Virus record (IMG/VR): IMGVR_UViG_3300046001_007123
Strand: one strand, 5' to 3'
Origin: a virus
Length of the DNA stretch: 64,000 nucleotides
Shown here: one piece after another, positions 45,194-53,408 of the stretch
Numbering within the stretch: position 1 is the first letter of the stretch
Layout of the letters: every line of letters starts with the position of its first letter
The notes under the pieces: generated by a model
What the model saw: only the letters and a program-made list of their open reading frames with translations
Databases searched by the model: none
Told to the model about the DNA's origin: nothing
Program-made: the position numbers and the translations under genes

Positions 45194-45805
45194 ATGGAAT
45201 TAAATAGATTTAAACAATTATTAGAATCAACAATGGGCGATGCCAAACCATTGATCTCAGAACAAGAAGAAATGGGTTATACGGTCAAAAATGACGCAAC
45301 TTTTGAAAATGCAACTAGTGAGGCTAAACCTGAGTTAAAGATTTTTAAAGGAACTAAGTTTGTTAAAAACGGTGATGTGTTAGTCGCTAACACTAAGTAT
45401 CAATTTGTTGATAGTAGAACTGGGGTTAAACTAGGTTATGGACCAAAAGATGCGTTAAAATTTGAGTACGCGGGTAAAGTTACTTACAACTGCGCCGAGG
45501 GTAAATTTACGGTAAACGCATCTAAAGATAAGTATTTCCAACAATACGGCGGTCTAACAAAAGCTTTAGCTCCATTATGTAAAACAAAGGTTGCGCCAAC
45601 GAACACCGAAACCAAATCAAACCATATATGTGACACAGATAAAACAAGTCAATTACAGACAGGTAGATCTTTCAAGTATTGTAAAAATGGTGAGGATTAT
45701 TATTTCATCGGAACTGCAGGTGAGTTCCAAACTAAATACCCTGAATGGACACAGGCGAAAGGTACAGGTTTAGAATCAATCAAGACAAAGATATTCTATA
45801 AGTAA
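45194..45805 (+). CDS. hypothetical Cys-containing protein. Its N-terminal stretch (FKQLLESTMGDAKPLISEQEE) recurs in the small ORF 57476..57649
   Basis: 203-aa ORF. The shared module is visible by eye. Confidence 0.45.
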   Translation: MELNRFKQLLESTMGDAKPLISEQEEMGYTVKNDATFENATSEAKPELKIFKGTKFVKNGDVLVANTKYQFVDSRTGVKLGYGPKDALKFEYAGKVTYNCAEGKFTVNASKDKYFQQYGGLTKALAPLCKTKVAPTNTETKSNHICDTDKTSQLQTGRSFKYCKNGEDYYFIGTAGEFQTKYPEWTQAKGTGLESIKTKIFYK

Positions 45806-45832
45806 AATAACATTACATAAAATAAATAATTT

Positions 45833-45868
45833 AATCCTCCACTTGTAAAGATGGGGGATTTTTTATAT
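45833..45868 (+). terminator. rho-independent terminator (AATCCTCCA-loop-TGGGGGATT, T6)
   Basis: GC stem with T/G wobble plus T-run. Confidence 0.65.
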
Positions 45869-45878
45869 ATTAGCGGTA

Positions 45879-46280
45879 ATGAAAGATCTGACGAAATATA
45901 TTGACTCATTAGTGGAGGGAAATGTGGATAACTATGAGATAAACTTCAAAGATGGGGCGTATGTTGTTACGATCATAATAGATATTTCAGATAAAACTTT
46001 CCCTGCATATCTTCTTGTGGATATGTTAGCTATGTCACGTAGAGATATAGTTAGAAGAATGTTAAGTGGTTATTTACCTAAAAATTTATTTGTTGTAGAT
46101 CACAAAGTGGTTGGTCAGGAGATAAATGTAAAATTAACCTATCCCGATGACATTAGAATAACAGGGTATGTTGATATGGACGACATTCAACCACTAAACA
46201 TCGGTGACTACATTAATATGAGAGTAGATCCTTGTAATATAAACGACATATCTACATTCGTAACATATGATCCATTATGA
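45879..46280 (+). CDS. hypothetical protein
   Basis: 133-aa ORF. Confidence 0.4.
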   Translation: MKDLTKYIDSLVEGNVDNYEINFKDGAYVVTIIIDISDKTFPAYLLVDMLAMSRRDIVRRMLSGYLPKNLFVVDHKVVGQEINVKLTYPDDIRITGYVDMDDIQPLNIGDYINMRVDPCNINDISTFVTYDPL

Positions 46281-46531
46281 ATAAGTTAGAGAACATAATG
46301 TTGAGATACTTTGAGTTAATAAACTCATTACCTTACGATGAGGTAAAGATGGCTACGAGTTTAATGGAACCAATGGGGATTGTGGTATTAACAATATACG
46401 TTAAAACGATGGATGAAAAATACCTGTATCAAAAAATGATAAATAGGAAAAGAGTAATTGATATATTAAATGGTGAGATGTCATATATGTTCCCATATGT
46501 ATTTTTAATGAAGTGTAAAGTAAAAATTTAA
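46277..46531 (+). CDS. hypothetical protein
   Basis: 84-aa ORF. Confidence 0.35.
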   Translation: MNKLENIMLRYFELINSLPYDEVKMATSLMEPMGIVVLTIYVKTMDEKYLYQKMINRKRVIDILNGEMSYMFPYVFLMKCKVKI

Positions 46532-46533
46532 AA

Positions 46534-46695
46534 ATGAAAAAGGAATTAAAAGAAGATCTAATAGCATTAACAATATTGGTGGTGATGTTTTCGGGGTTGG
46601 CAATGGGAGTGTTAGGTGGATCATTAACTAGTTCGTTAGGTGTTGCTTTATTTGTGGTGTCGATAATAGTGGCTTACTGGGTAACATTAGATTGA
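46534..46695 (+). CDS. 53-aa two-TM membrane peptide (not in ORF track)
   Basis: MKKELKEDLIALTILVVMFSGLAMGVLGGSLTSSLGVALFVVSIIVAYWVTLD*. ATG 3 nt after the upstream stop. Confidence 0.35.
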   Translation: MKKELKEDLIALTILVVMFSGLAMGVLGGSLTSSLGVALFVVSIIVAYWVTLD

Positions 46696-46765
46696 TGATT
46701 CCGATTGCATAACCTATAATTGGTTTTGGAAATAAAAAAATAATGTATTATATTTGAAAAATATT

Positions 46766-46910
46766 AGTCAGGTGGCGGAATGGTAGACGCTAACCAAGTA
46801 AATCCAAAAGACAGCCTTGCTACTGCAATAGGTGTAGGGGATATGGATTTAATAGTATAATGTGCAGAATGATTACTAACGATTTACAGGTTCGAATCCT
46901 GTCCTGACTA
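46766..46910 (+). ncRNA. tRNA-derived element B (95-nt centre)
   Basis: Same 25-nt 5' half and 26-nt 3' half as element A. The centre has AAATCC/GGATTT and TTGC/GCAA stems. Confidence 0.5.
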
Positions 46911-46932
46911 CAAAAAATTAAAACAAATAGAT

Positions 46933-47049
46933 ATGGACTTTGATGAAGAAAAAGAATGGGATAGACTGTGGATAAAACATAGAAATGCAATGATTCATAT
47001 GTTAATATGTGGTGTGATACTCGGTTGGTGTATTGGAATTTATTGTTAA
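46933..47049 (+). CDS. 38-aa hydrophobic peptide (not in ORF track)
   Basis: MDFDEEKEWDRLWIKHRNAMIHMLICGVILGWCIGIYC*. Lies between elements B and C. Confidence 0.3.
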   Translation: MDFDEEKEWDRLWIKHRNAMIHMLICGVILGWCIGIYC

Positions 47050-47058
47050 CTAACAAAT

Positions 47059-47095
47059 AGTCAGGTGGTGGAATTGGTAGACTCAGTCCTGACTA
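47059..47095 (+). ncRNA. tRNA-derived element C, collapsed to a 37-nt minihelix
   Basis: AGTCAGGTGGTGGAATTGGTAGAC-TCAG-TCCTGACTAC. The 5' half is joined almost directly to the acceptor 3' strand. Confidence 0.45.
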
Positions 47096-47110
47096 CAAAA
47101 AATTAAAGAT

Positions 47111-47344
47111 ATGGAACAAGAGGAAAAACAAAAATTGATCAATCTAATGTTTGAGATGGTTTTAGCGACAACTAATGACCCTGTTTTTTGTAAAAGACCT
47201 AGAGGTGAGAGAATGGCTTGGGTTGCAAATAATCTAAGAGATATTGGAATTGACACACACCCAATCGGGATGAGTTGGGGTGTAATGGTAAGTGAAGACT
47301 TTAGAGATACCGTTGAAGTCATCAAAGATAATTTAGATAATTAA
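47111..47344 (+). CDS. hypothetical protein
   Basis: 77-aa ORF between elements C and D. Confidence 0.4.
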   Translation: MEQEEKQKLINLMFEMVLATTNDPVFCKRPRGERMAWVANNLRDIGIDTHPIGMSWGVMVSEDFRDTVEVIKDNLDN

Positions 47345-47348
47345 TCAT

Positions 47349-47445
47349 AGTCAGGTGGCGGAATGGTAGACGCTGATATTTGAGACTACAAGAAACCTAG
47401 GAACGGAAGTGGCAGCTCATACAGGTTCGAATCCTGTCCTGACTA
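47349..47445 (+). ncRNA. tRNA-derived element D (47-nt centre)
   Basis: Conserved halves. The centre has a CCUAGG palindrome. Confidence 0.5.
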
Positions 47446-47514
47446 CGAAATCCTGAAAATACATACGTCCGTTTACGGCTATGGAAGTGGTTGACAGCTG
47501 GAAAGACAGCAAAT

Positions 47515-47636
47515 AGTCAGGTGGCGGAAGTGGTGTACGCAGTGGTGTGTTAAATGTGGGAATAGACATAATCCCTAACCCTGAAAGGGGCTAACTGCTT
47601 GTCTCTTAGCTACAGGTTCGATTCCTGTCCTGACTA
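47515..47636 (+). ncRNA. tRNA-derived element E (71-nt centre; T-loop variant TTCGATT)
   Basis: Conserved halves. The centre has a CCCU-GAAA-GGGG GNRA hairpin. Confidence 0.5.
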
Positions 47637-47654
47637 CAATTAAAAATAAATGTT

Positions 47655-47912
47655 ATGAATATTAAACAATTAAAAGAATCAATCTCAAATCTTCCTGATG
47701 AAATGGAAGTGGTTTTACAAAAAGATAGTGAAGGTAACGGGTATAGTCCACTTAAAGGTGTTGACTCAGATGCTGTTTATATTCCTTATAATACGTGGTC
47801 AGGAGATGTTTATTCAATGGGATGGACTTCAGATGAAGCTGATATGTCAGATAAACAATGGCAAGAAATAAAGTCAAAACCAAGAACTTTGATTTTATAT
47901 CCTGTCAATTAA
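47655..47912 (+). CDS. hypothetical protein
   Basis: 85-aa ORF between elements E and F. Confidence 0.4.
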   Translation: MNIKQLKESISNLPDEMEVVLQKDSEGNGYSPLKGVDSDAVYIPYNTWSGDVYSMGWTSDEADMSDKQWQEIKSKPRTLILYPVN

Positions 47913-47921
47913 CATTAACAT

Positions 47922-48022
47922 AGTCAGGTGGCGGAATTGGTAGACGTATCTCACTCAGGTGTAGATTTGGTGAAACATAAAATGTATCGAATACATTACA
48001 GGTTCGAATCCTGTCCTGACTA
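47922..48022 (+). ncRNA. tRNA-derived element F (50-nt centre with a CTCAGGT Leu-CAG-like loop and an AAUGUAU-CGA-AUACAUU hairpin)
   Basis: Nearest to a real type-II tRNA-Leu. The putative anticodon stem has only 3-4 bp and 15 extra nt. Confidence 0.5.
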
Positions 48023-48038
48023 CAAATAATAAAAACAT

Positions 48039-48422
48039 ATGAATGGATTAGAATTTAAAGACAAACTCAAGGAATATATTAATTCGGAGTATGAAAGATT
48101 ACAGGAACAAAGAAAGGATCCTAACCATAATAATTCATTAGAGTGGGCATACTTACAAAAATGTGAAGCTGAACAACTATTGTTACAATATATAGAAACA
48201 TTAAAGTACACCAAAAAGAGATGGTTTAGAAAACCTGAAACACTATATAAAGATGTTAAACTATGGGAGTTTGACCGTTTTTGGTCCAAGTATTCTGAAT
48301 CTTATCGTAACCATCCAGCAGACAGTGCCGAAGCCAACCTAAGAAGTTGGTACAGATATAAGGCACCATATTCTTACGGTAATAACATCATTCATAAAAT
48401 ATTAAAAGATTCCCTCATATAA
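48039..48422 (+). CDS. hypothetical protein
   Basis: 127-aa ORF. Confidence 0.4.
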   Translation: MNGLEFKDKLKEYINSEYERLQEQRKDPNHNNSLEWAYLQKCEAEQLLLQYIETLKYTKKRWFRKPETLYKDVKLWEFDRFWSKYSESYRNHPADSAEANLRSWYRYKAPYSYGNNIIHKILKDSLI

Positions 48423-48450
48423 CAATGGGGGGATTTTTTGTTTACGGGTA
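48411..48450 (+). terminator. rho-independent terminator (TCCCTC-loop-GGGGGGA, T6)
   Basis: Overlaps the 3' end of the 48039 gene. Confidence 0.6.
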
Positions 48451-48461
48451 TATTTATTAAT

Positions 48462-48824
48462 ATGAACCTACAAGAAAACATACAAAGAATTAGAGAAATG
48501 ATGGGAATGGATAATTCTCGTTTAACTTTTGACATACAAAAACTTGTGGATGATGAAATTATATTCGTTACAGAACCAGGTGATGGACAAGGAGGAATTG
48601 CAAAACCAAATTGGGAAGGGGATTGTAGTGTAATAACATTAGCCAACTTAACAGATGATGAAATAAAATTAAATCCGTGGAGATTAAAGGCAATAGAAAG
48701 ACCTTTTAGTGATTGCATACCATATGTCCAAGATAGACAAAATGAATGGAGTGAAGAAAAATACCAACAAGTTATTGATTCAATAAAAATGAAAGGTGAA
48801 GAAGTTGATAATTATATAATATGA
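48462..48824 (+). CDS. family-2 member (MNLQENIQRIREMMG)
   Basis: Start moved to the ATG directly after the TATATTTATTAAT box. Confidence 0.5.
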   Translation: MNLQENIQRIREMMGMDNSRLTFDIQKLVDDEIIFVTEPGDGQGGIAKPNWEGDCSVITLANLTDDEIKLNPWRLKAIERPFSDCIPYVQDRQNEWSEEKYQQVIDSIKMKGEEVDNYII

Positions 48825-49276
48825 ACCTACAGGAACACATAAGAAGAGTACTAAAGGAAGAGACGTTAAAGACCAAATTAATTCACAACATCAAGAATGA
48901 TGGTTGGTTTAATGTTTCGCCATATGTAGGTGGTGATGATAATCTTAAAAAAGTTACTGACATACATAACGCGTTAGGTTTTATGAAGTTGTTTTTAGAT
49001 CTAAAAGGAGTTGTAAGCGAACAAGAACCACTAATGAGGTTATATAAAAATGAGAATGGGGAAAACGTATTTGTTATAAGAACTATATGGAATGAAAATA
49101 CGATTTACGTTAATTATGATTTAATTTTTAGACCATTAAAGGTTTTTTTAGAAACGGATACAAATATGAAGACAAGAGATTTTTTAGACAAATGGTTTAA
49201 AAATAAGTACGGTATTATAGTTAATGATTGGGTAAATCATTTCTCAAAGGATGATTATATAGGGATGATTAATTAA
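48821..49276 (+). CDS. family-2 member (MNLQEHIRRVLKEETLK)
   Basis: ATGA junction. Confidence 0.5.
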   Translation: MNLQEHIRRVLKEETLKTKLIHNIKNDGWFNVSPYVGGDDNLKKVTDIHNALGFMKLFLDLKGVVSEQEPLMRLYKNENGENVFVIRTIWNENTIYVNYDLIFRPLKVFLETDTNMKTRDFLDKWFKNKYGIIVNDWVNHFSKDDYIGMIN

Positions 49277-49752
49277 TACTCATCGGAGATCAATCTCTCA
49301 TAGTTTCTAGCAACCCCAACCAAATCATAGTCATCCAAGCATCTCCAAGAGTTAACAAATAAGATACGATTATATCCGATCTCAGACACGTTCTCATAAT
49401 ATTCAAGAGATTCGTCATCAATAATAAGAAACTTCGTGTAACCCTCAGATTTACGTTTAATAACAAACCCAGCACGATCATCGGGATCACCAAAGGTAAG
49501 ACCATTCACAATGATACCTCTACTAATCAAGAAATCCTTAAACTCCTCACCATCATTAGATCCGTTCCAATAAGAGCGACCCCAAGTAGATACAATACAT
49601 ATATGAGCATCAAACATTGTGATGATACTATTAAGGACTTCAACAGATTTAGGGATGAAAGAATGTTTACCATCAGGATCACGGTCCTTTAGTTTAAGGT
49701 AACTAACAAGTACACCATCAATGTCAAGATATATAGTAAACGGTTTTTCCAT
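49273..49752 (-). CDS. HAD-superfamily phosphatase
   Basis: MEKPFTIYLDIDGVL (motif I DxDG), CIVSTW (motif II), K, IIDDE (motif IV). The upstream TTTGTACT-ATGGAAAAA copies the + strand leader. Confidence 0.65.
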   Translation of the reverse strand: MEKPFTIYLDIDGVLVSYLKLKDRDPDGKHSFIPKSVEVLNSIITMFDAHICIVSTWGRSYWNGSNDGEEFKDFLISRGIIVNGLTFGDPDDRAGFVIKRKSEGYTKFLIIDDESLEYYENVSEIGYNRILFVNSWRCLDDYDLVGVARNYERLISDEY

Positions 49753-49788
49753 AGTACAAAGATAATAATAATATATGTATGACACAAT

Positions 49789-49873
49789 AAGAGTATACGA
49801 TTAAACTATTCATTACATCCTCCCGTTCGTAAACTCACTACGGACTTCATTCATAATTTTATCCTATACTCTT
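49789..49873. repeat. 85-bp element with 9-bp terminal inverted repeats (AAGAGTATA...TATACTCTT), copy 1
   Basis: Internal CCGT-loop-ACGG hairpin. A second copy (about 80% identical) lies at 50886..50967. Confidence 0.6.
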
Positions 49874-49906
49874 TTGTAGAATGGGAATCTTTTATATATT
49901 TGTATT

Positions 49907-50089
49907 ATGGAAAATACAAAATCACTTTTAGATGAGGTTCTCGAACACTATGAGAACAACGATCAACCTACAGACGAAACTCCGTCGGAGGTTAAAGAAT
50001 CTTTCTGTAAATTACAGGAGTATTTAGTTGGGGATGGGGATATTCGACATCTGTATGATTACTACAATTTAGTTAATCAAGGTAAGTAA
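49907..50089 (+). CDS. hypothetical acidic protein
   Basis: 60-aa ORF with the ATATATTTGTATT-ATGGAAAA leader. Confidence 0.4.
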   Translation: MENTKSLLDEVLEHYENNDQPTDETPSEVKESFCKLQEYLVGDGDIRHLYDYYNLVNQGK

Positions 50090-50096
50090 AAAAACT

Positions 50097-50130
50097 TAGA
50101 TCCTCCATTGTGAAGTGGGGGATTTTTTGT
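50097..50130 (+). terminator. rho-independent terminator (GATCCTCCA-loop-TGGGGGATT, T6)
   Basis: ATCC..GGGGAT type. Confidence 0.65.
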
Positions 50131-50141
50131 ATATTTGTTTT

Positions 50142-50888
50142 ATGGACATTGAAAAAAAGATATCAATTAAGAATTTTATTAAAGACCTCACAGTCTCTGA
50201 AGTAGTTGATTTTTTTGGGTCTTTAAAAAACGTATCAAAAATTCTTGGATATGAATCAATTTTAAATCTTTATGGTGCGACTGATAACGGACATCCCGAT
50301 TATATTTTTTATGACGGAGTTAAACAAACAGTAACAAATGATTTTAATTTTGGTGATTGGACTAGTATAAATAAAATTATTTGGGACTCAGGTCAATGTT
50401 TCCACACAAACATTACTAACCTTTCCAATATGCAATCTACATCAGGTAATTTTGGTATTTACGATTTAGTTTTAACTAATTTCGGAGGTTTAGAAATTCA
50501 CAACGGGGATTTTATTGTGGGACACGATTCTACAATTATTATTTGGGACACTTTAAAAAATGTATTGGGCAATTTAGTAATCTATGAAACAGCTTGCGTG
50601 GAAAGTTTGGGAAATTTAAAGATAGTTGGTGGTAAGTTAGACATTAGAGGGGTAGTGCATGATTTAGGTGAGTTAGAATATGTCGGAGGAGATTTAATTG
50701 TAAAAAACAAGTTACTCAAATCTTTAGGTAATGTAAAACACATAAAAGGTAGACTTAGAATTAGAAATAGTGGGATATCAGATATTGGTTCTTTAGAGAA
50801 AGTTGATGGTGGAGTTTTAATAGATAAAAACACGCCAACTTCTTTAATTAATCAACTTAAAGAACGAAACATTAAGTACAAAAAGTAA
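50142..50888 (+). CDS. leucine-rich-repeat-like protein
   Basis: Repeating LGNLVIY / SLGNLKIVGGKLDIRG / LGELEYVGGDLIV / SLGNVKHIKGRLRIRN / IGSLEKVDGGVLI units. Confidence 0.5.
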   Translation: MDIEKKISIKNFIKDLTVSEVVDFFGSLKNVSKILGYESILNLYGATDNGHPDYIFYDGVKQTVTNDFNFGDWTSINKIIWDSGQCFHTNITNLSNMQSTSGNFGIYDLVLTNFGGLEIHNGDFIVGHDSTIIIWDTLKNVLGNLVIYETACVESLGNLKIVGGKLDIRGVVHDLGELEYVGGDLIVKNKLLKSLGNVKHIKGRLRIRNSGISDIGSLEKVDGGVLIDKNTPTSLINQLKERNIKYKK

Positions 50889-50967
50889 GAGTATACGATC
50901 AATTCATTCGGTTCATAGTCCTCCGTTATCACTACGGAATTCACCTCATAAATTTATCCTACACTCT
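50886..50967. repeat. 85-bp TIR-bounded element, copy 2 (AAGAGTATA...TACACTCTT)
   Basis: Starts on the stop codon of 50142..50888. The internal CCGT-loop-ACGG hairpin is conserved. Confidence 0.6.
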
Positions 50968-51247
50968 TACCGTTATTATAGGTCCATAAGGTAAAATATA
51001 ATTTACAAATTAATGTATATTTGTAAAAAGTATTTTCAGTTATTAATCCCCCCACTTATAAAAGACCCCCAATGAAAGACAGACATTATGGTATACAATT
51101 TTGTTATACGATGAGGTATTCATTGTGGTGTTCATTTTAAAGGAATGTTCAGTTACACTGAACATAAAGAATTAGTGAACAGATGAAGGAATATATGAAA
51201 GTATATTTTAGTATGTAGATGAAAGGGTTATTAAGTATATCATTCAG

Positions 51248-51264
51248 GTCAGGTTAAACCTGAC
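51248..51264. other. perfect 7-bp hairpin GTCAGGT-TAA-ACCTGAC (acceptor-stem sequence of the tRNA-derived elements with no insert)
   Basis: GGTCAGG...CCTGACTAT mirrors the AGTCAGG...CCTGACTAC ends of elements A to F. Confidence 0.4.
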
Positions 51265-51495
51265 TATAGTGATATAAAAGATACCCACTTATTACCACCA
51301 CTTTACTTGTATGTTTAGTATGTCTATTATTAGGGGGTCAGATGTTGAATGGATCCCTTACGGGTCGTTGAAGAATGATTATAATATGACATTATGTCCT
51401 ACTCTAACGTCCTAAAGGACTGTCCCCGCTCATTGTACTCTAACACTATATTTTTTGCTGGAATTTATATATAGTAAAAAAAATGGTCTTCTTGA

Positions 51496-51517
51496 CCCCT
51501 ACAGAGGGGATTTTTTA
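51496..51517 (+). terminator. orphan rho-independent terminator (CCCCT-ACAG-AGGGG, T6) in a non-coding region
   Basis: No ORF upstream, which suggests a small RNA 3' end. Confidence 0.45.
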
Positions 51518-51683
51518 TGGCTGGTCATACAACCAGCAAGGATTATGGTGGTAGAAAGTGGTAATGAAATGGGGAAGTAATAGATCAAAACCCCGTGAGG
51601 GGATTGTGTGGTGAAGCGAACGTGACTGACATTTTGACAAAATCAAGTTTTTTAACATATATTTATTAACAAAAGTCCCCCTT

Positions 51684-51965
51684 ATGATAGAATTAATCAA
51701 CAAGTTCTCAACAACACTAACCGATAATAACGGTACCATAATGGTTAATTATGAGAATGGTCCCCTAACAGGGTTCTGTGAGTATAGTATGATCGAAGTA
51801 AATAACCGATTTAAACAGAAGGCGTGGGTTCTTGTCAACACCGATATGGGTGATGTCATAGAGTTCATTCATTCCAACTCCCCTCTGTCAGGAGAGAAAC
51901 TACAAGATGTTAATAAGTTATTAAGAGATCATTCCCTTTCAAAGGTCAAGGAGATCAATCCTTAA
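51684..51965 (+). CDS. hypothetical protein
   Basis: 93-aa ORF with the TATATTTATTAAC box 20 nt upstream. Confidence 0.4.
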   Translation: MIELINKFSTTLTDNNGTIMVNYENGPLTGFCEYSMIEVNNRFKQKAWVLVNTDMGDVIEFIHSNSPLSGEKLQDVNKLLRDHSLSKVKEINP

Positions 51966-52173
51966 TAGGGGGTTCAAGAACATCATCCTCAAGTAAACCT
52001 TTCTCAAGGGGTTTAGTAGGTTCAAGATCTATATCAGAGATAATATGTTTACTGATCCACATCCCCAACTTAGTGTGGGGGCGTGTCTTAACTATATGAA
52101 TACTGATTAGTATTGGTAAGGATAGAATGGCGATCCCCAACATACACAGAAGGAAGTATAAGATATAAATCAT
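51955..52173 (-). CDS. small membrane protein
   Basis: 72 aa with an N-terminal TM helix YILYFLLCMLGIAILSLPILISI. Confidence 0.4.
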   Translation of the reverse strand: MIYILYFLLCMLGIAILSLPILISIHIVKTRPHTKLGMWISKHIISDIDLEPTKPLEKGLLEDDVLEPPIKD

Positions 52174-52355
52174 TCTTCGTCCTCTTCTTCAATAAGGTTT
52201 AGTTCAGTAGATGGTAGAACACAAGGGATGGTTCTAACGATCATAGATGAAACCCCCAATCCAAATAGGGATGACAATAGTACGATAAGTAAATTAGTTT
52301 TCATATATCTCCAAAAAGTTAATGGTCCAATCATACATTCTTCTAACAGGTCCAA
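52170..52355 (-). CDS. small membrane protein with acidic tail
   Basis: 61 aa (LLIVLLSSLFGLGVSSMIV), ending EEEDEE. ATGA overlap with 51955..52173. Confidence 0.4.
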   Translation of the reverse strand: MDLLEECMIGPLTFWRYMKTNLLIVLLSSLFGLGVSSMIVRTIPCVLPSTELNLIEEEDEE

Positions 52356-53120
52356 CCAATGAACAGTAGAGTCTGTACATAATGAGGGGTAATGTTAAAT
52401 AGAGAATAGTAATCATATGTAAATATAAGTATAATATTTTGATTGACAATATGTTTTTTATAATAGATGATTATATTTATAATAGATCATTCACCCCACG
52501 CAGGGTGTTAGTTGTTCAGTCACTTCGGTACGTAAAGGATAAGATGATCACAACAAACAAACAATAAGATCTGTAATCTCTTACAAACGTGGGGGAATTT
52601 TTTTATGCTTATATATATTATAAGGCAGGTTGGAGTCTACACTCCAAGGGGTGTTGTTCCCCCAGCCCGACATCTCTCTCACATTGTCCATACAAAGATA
52701 GGGAATATAATTGACACCACCAAAGGATCACTAAGTTATTTACTAAATAAAGTTATTAACAATATACCTACCTCCCCTGATCTTGGCATGGGGGTCCTCC
52801 TGTCATATAGACCCCTCCCCCCCTCCGTATCCCCCCCATATATGACATTTTGACACCCTATTAGGGGGGTCAATCCCGCGTGTAACGTATTCGTAAAAAA
52901 TTTTCTGGAAAAAAATTTGGGAAAAATGGAAACTATTTCCCCCATCTATTCTTGGATTTATCTATATGAATACACCACATAAATCCAATCATAATCCGTA
53001 AAGTAAAACTCTTCTAATCTGTAATGTCGACCCCCTCTTCAAATGGATCCCAAATACTGAAAAAAAATTTCTGGAAAAAATTGGGGAAAATGGGAGTATT
53101 TATAATTAAACAATAACATT

Positions 53121-53348
53121 ATGAAAAAAGTAATTAGATTAACTGAAAGGGATCTTGAGAATATCGTTAAACGAACAATCAATGAGTGGGACGAAAATAC
53201 TTTGTATAAGGACATCAAAGGAATAATCAGAAACTCCAATTCGGGACGAGAAGAAGTTATTAGTATTTTGAGAACCATTGCTGACGAAATGGAATCAGGT
53301 GGGAGAATGAGTGACAACATCAGAAAGAGATTTAGAGGTGAAATGTAA
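53121..53348 (+). CDS. family-1 member (MKKVIRLTERDLENIVKRTINEW)
   Basis: 75 aa with its own terminator. Confidence 0.55.
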   Translation: MKKVIRLTERDLENIVKRTINEWDENTLYKDIKGIIRNSNSGREEVISILRTIADEMESGGRMSDNIRKRFRGEM

Positions 53349-53374
53349 GTAACCCCTTTTGTAAATAAAAATTA

Positions 53375-53408
53375 AACCCCTTCAACCACGGAGGGGTTTT
53401 TTGTTTTC
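53375..53408 (+). terminator. rho-independent terminator (AAACCCCTTC-loop-GGAGGGGTTTTTT)
   Basis: GC stem plus T-run. Confidence 0.7.

Noticed and set aside
44505-48022. Conserved-end elements with variable centres, read as CRISPR repeats/spacers, integron attC sites, or intron-containing tRNA genes
   Set aside because: The conserved units are split around the variable part, not between, so they are not repeat-spacer-repeat. The inter-element distances are kb-scale and irregular. There is no integrase and no attC-like inverse core sites. The centres are too short (0-95 nt) for group I introns and there is no BHB motif. I also could not make any centre fold as a canonical anticodon plus variable arm, so I do not call them tRNA genes.
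52605-53320. Three track ORFs (52605..52853 +, 52736..52945 -, 53039..53320 -) in the non-coding region
   Set aside because: They overlap each other and the C-tract/direct-repeat block. They have proline-rich nonsense composition that comes from the C-runs. One overlaps the well-supported gene 53121..53348 on the opposite strand.
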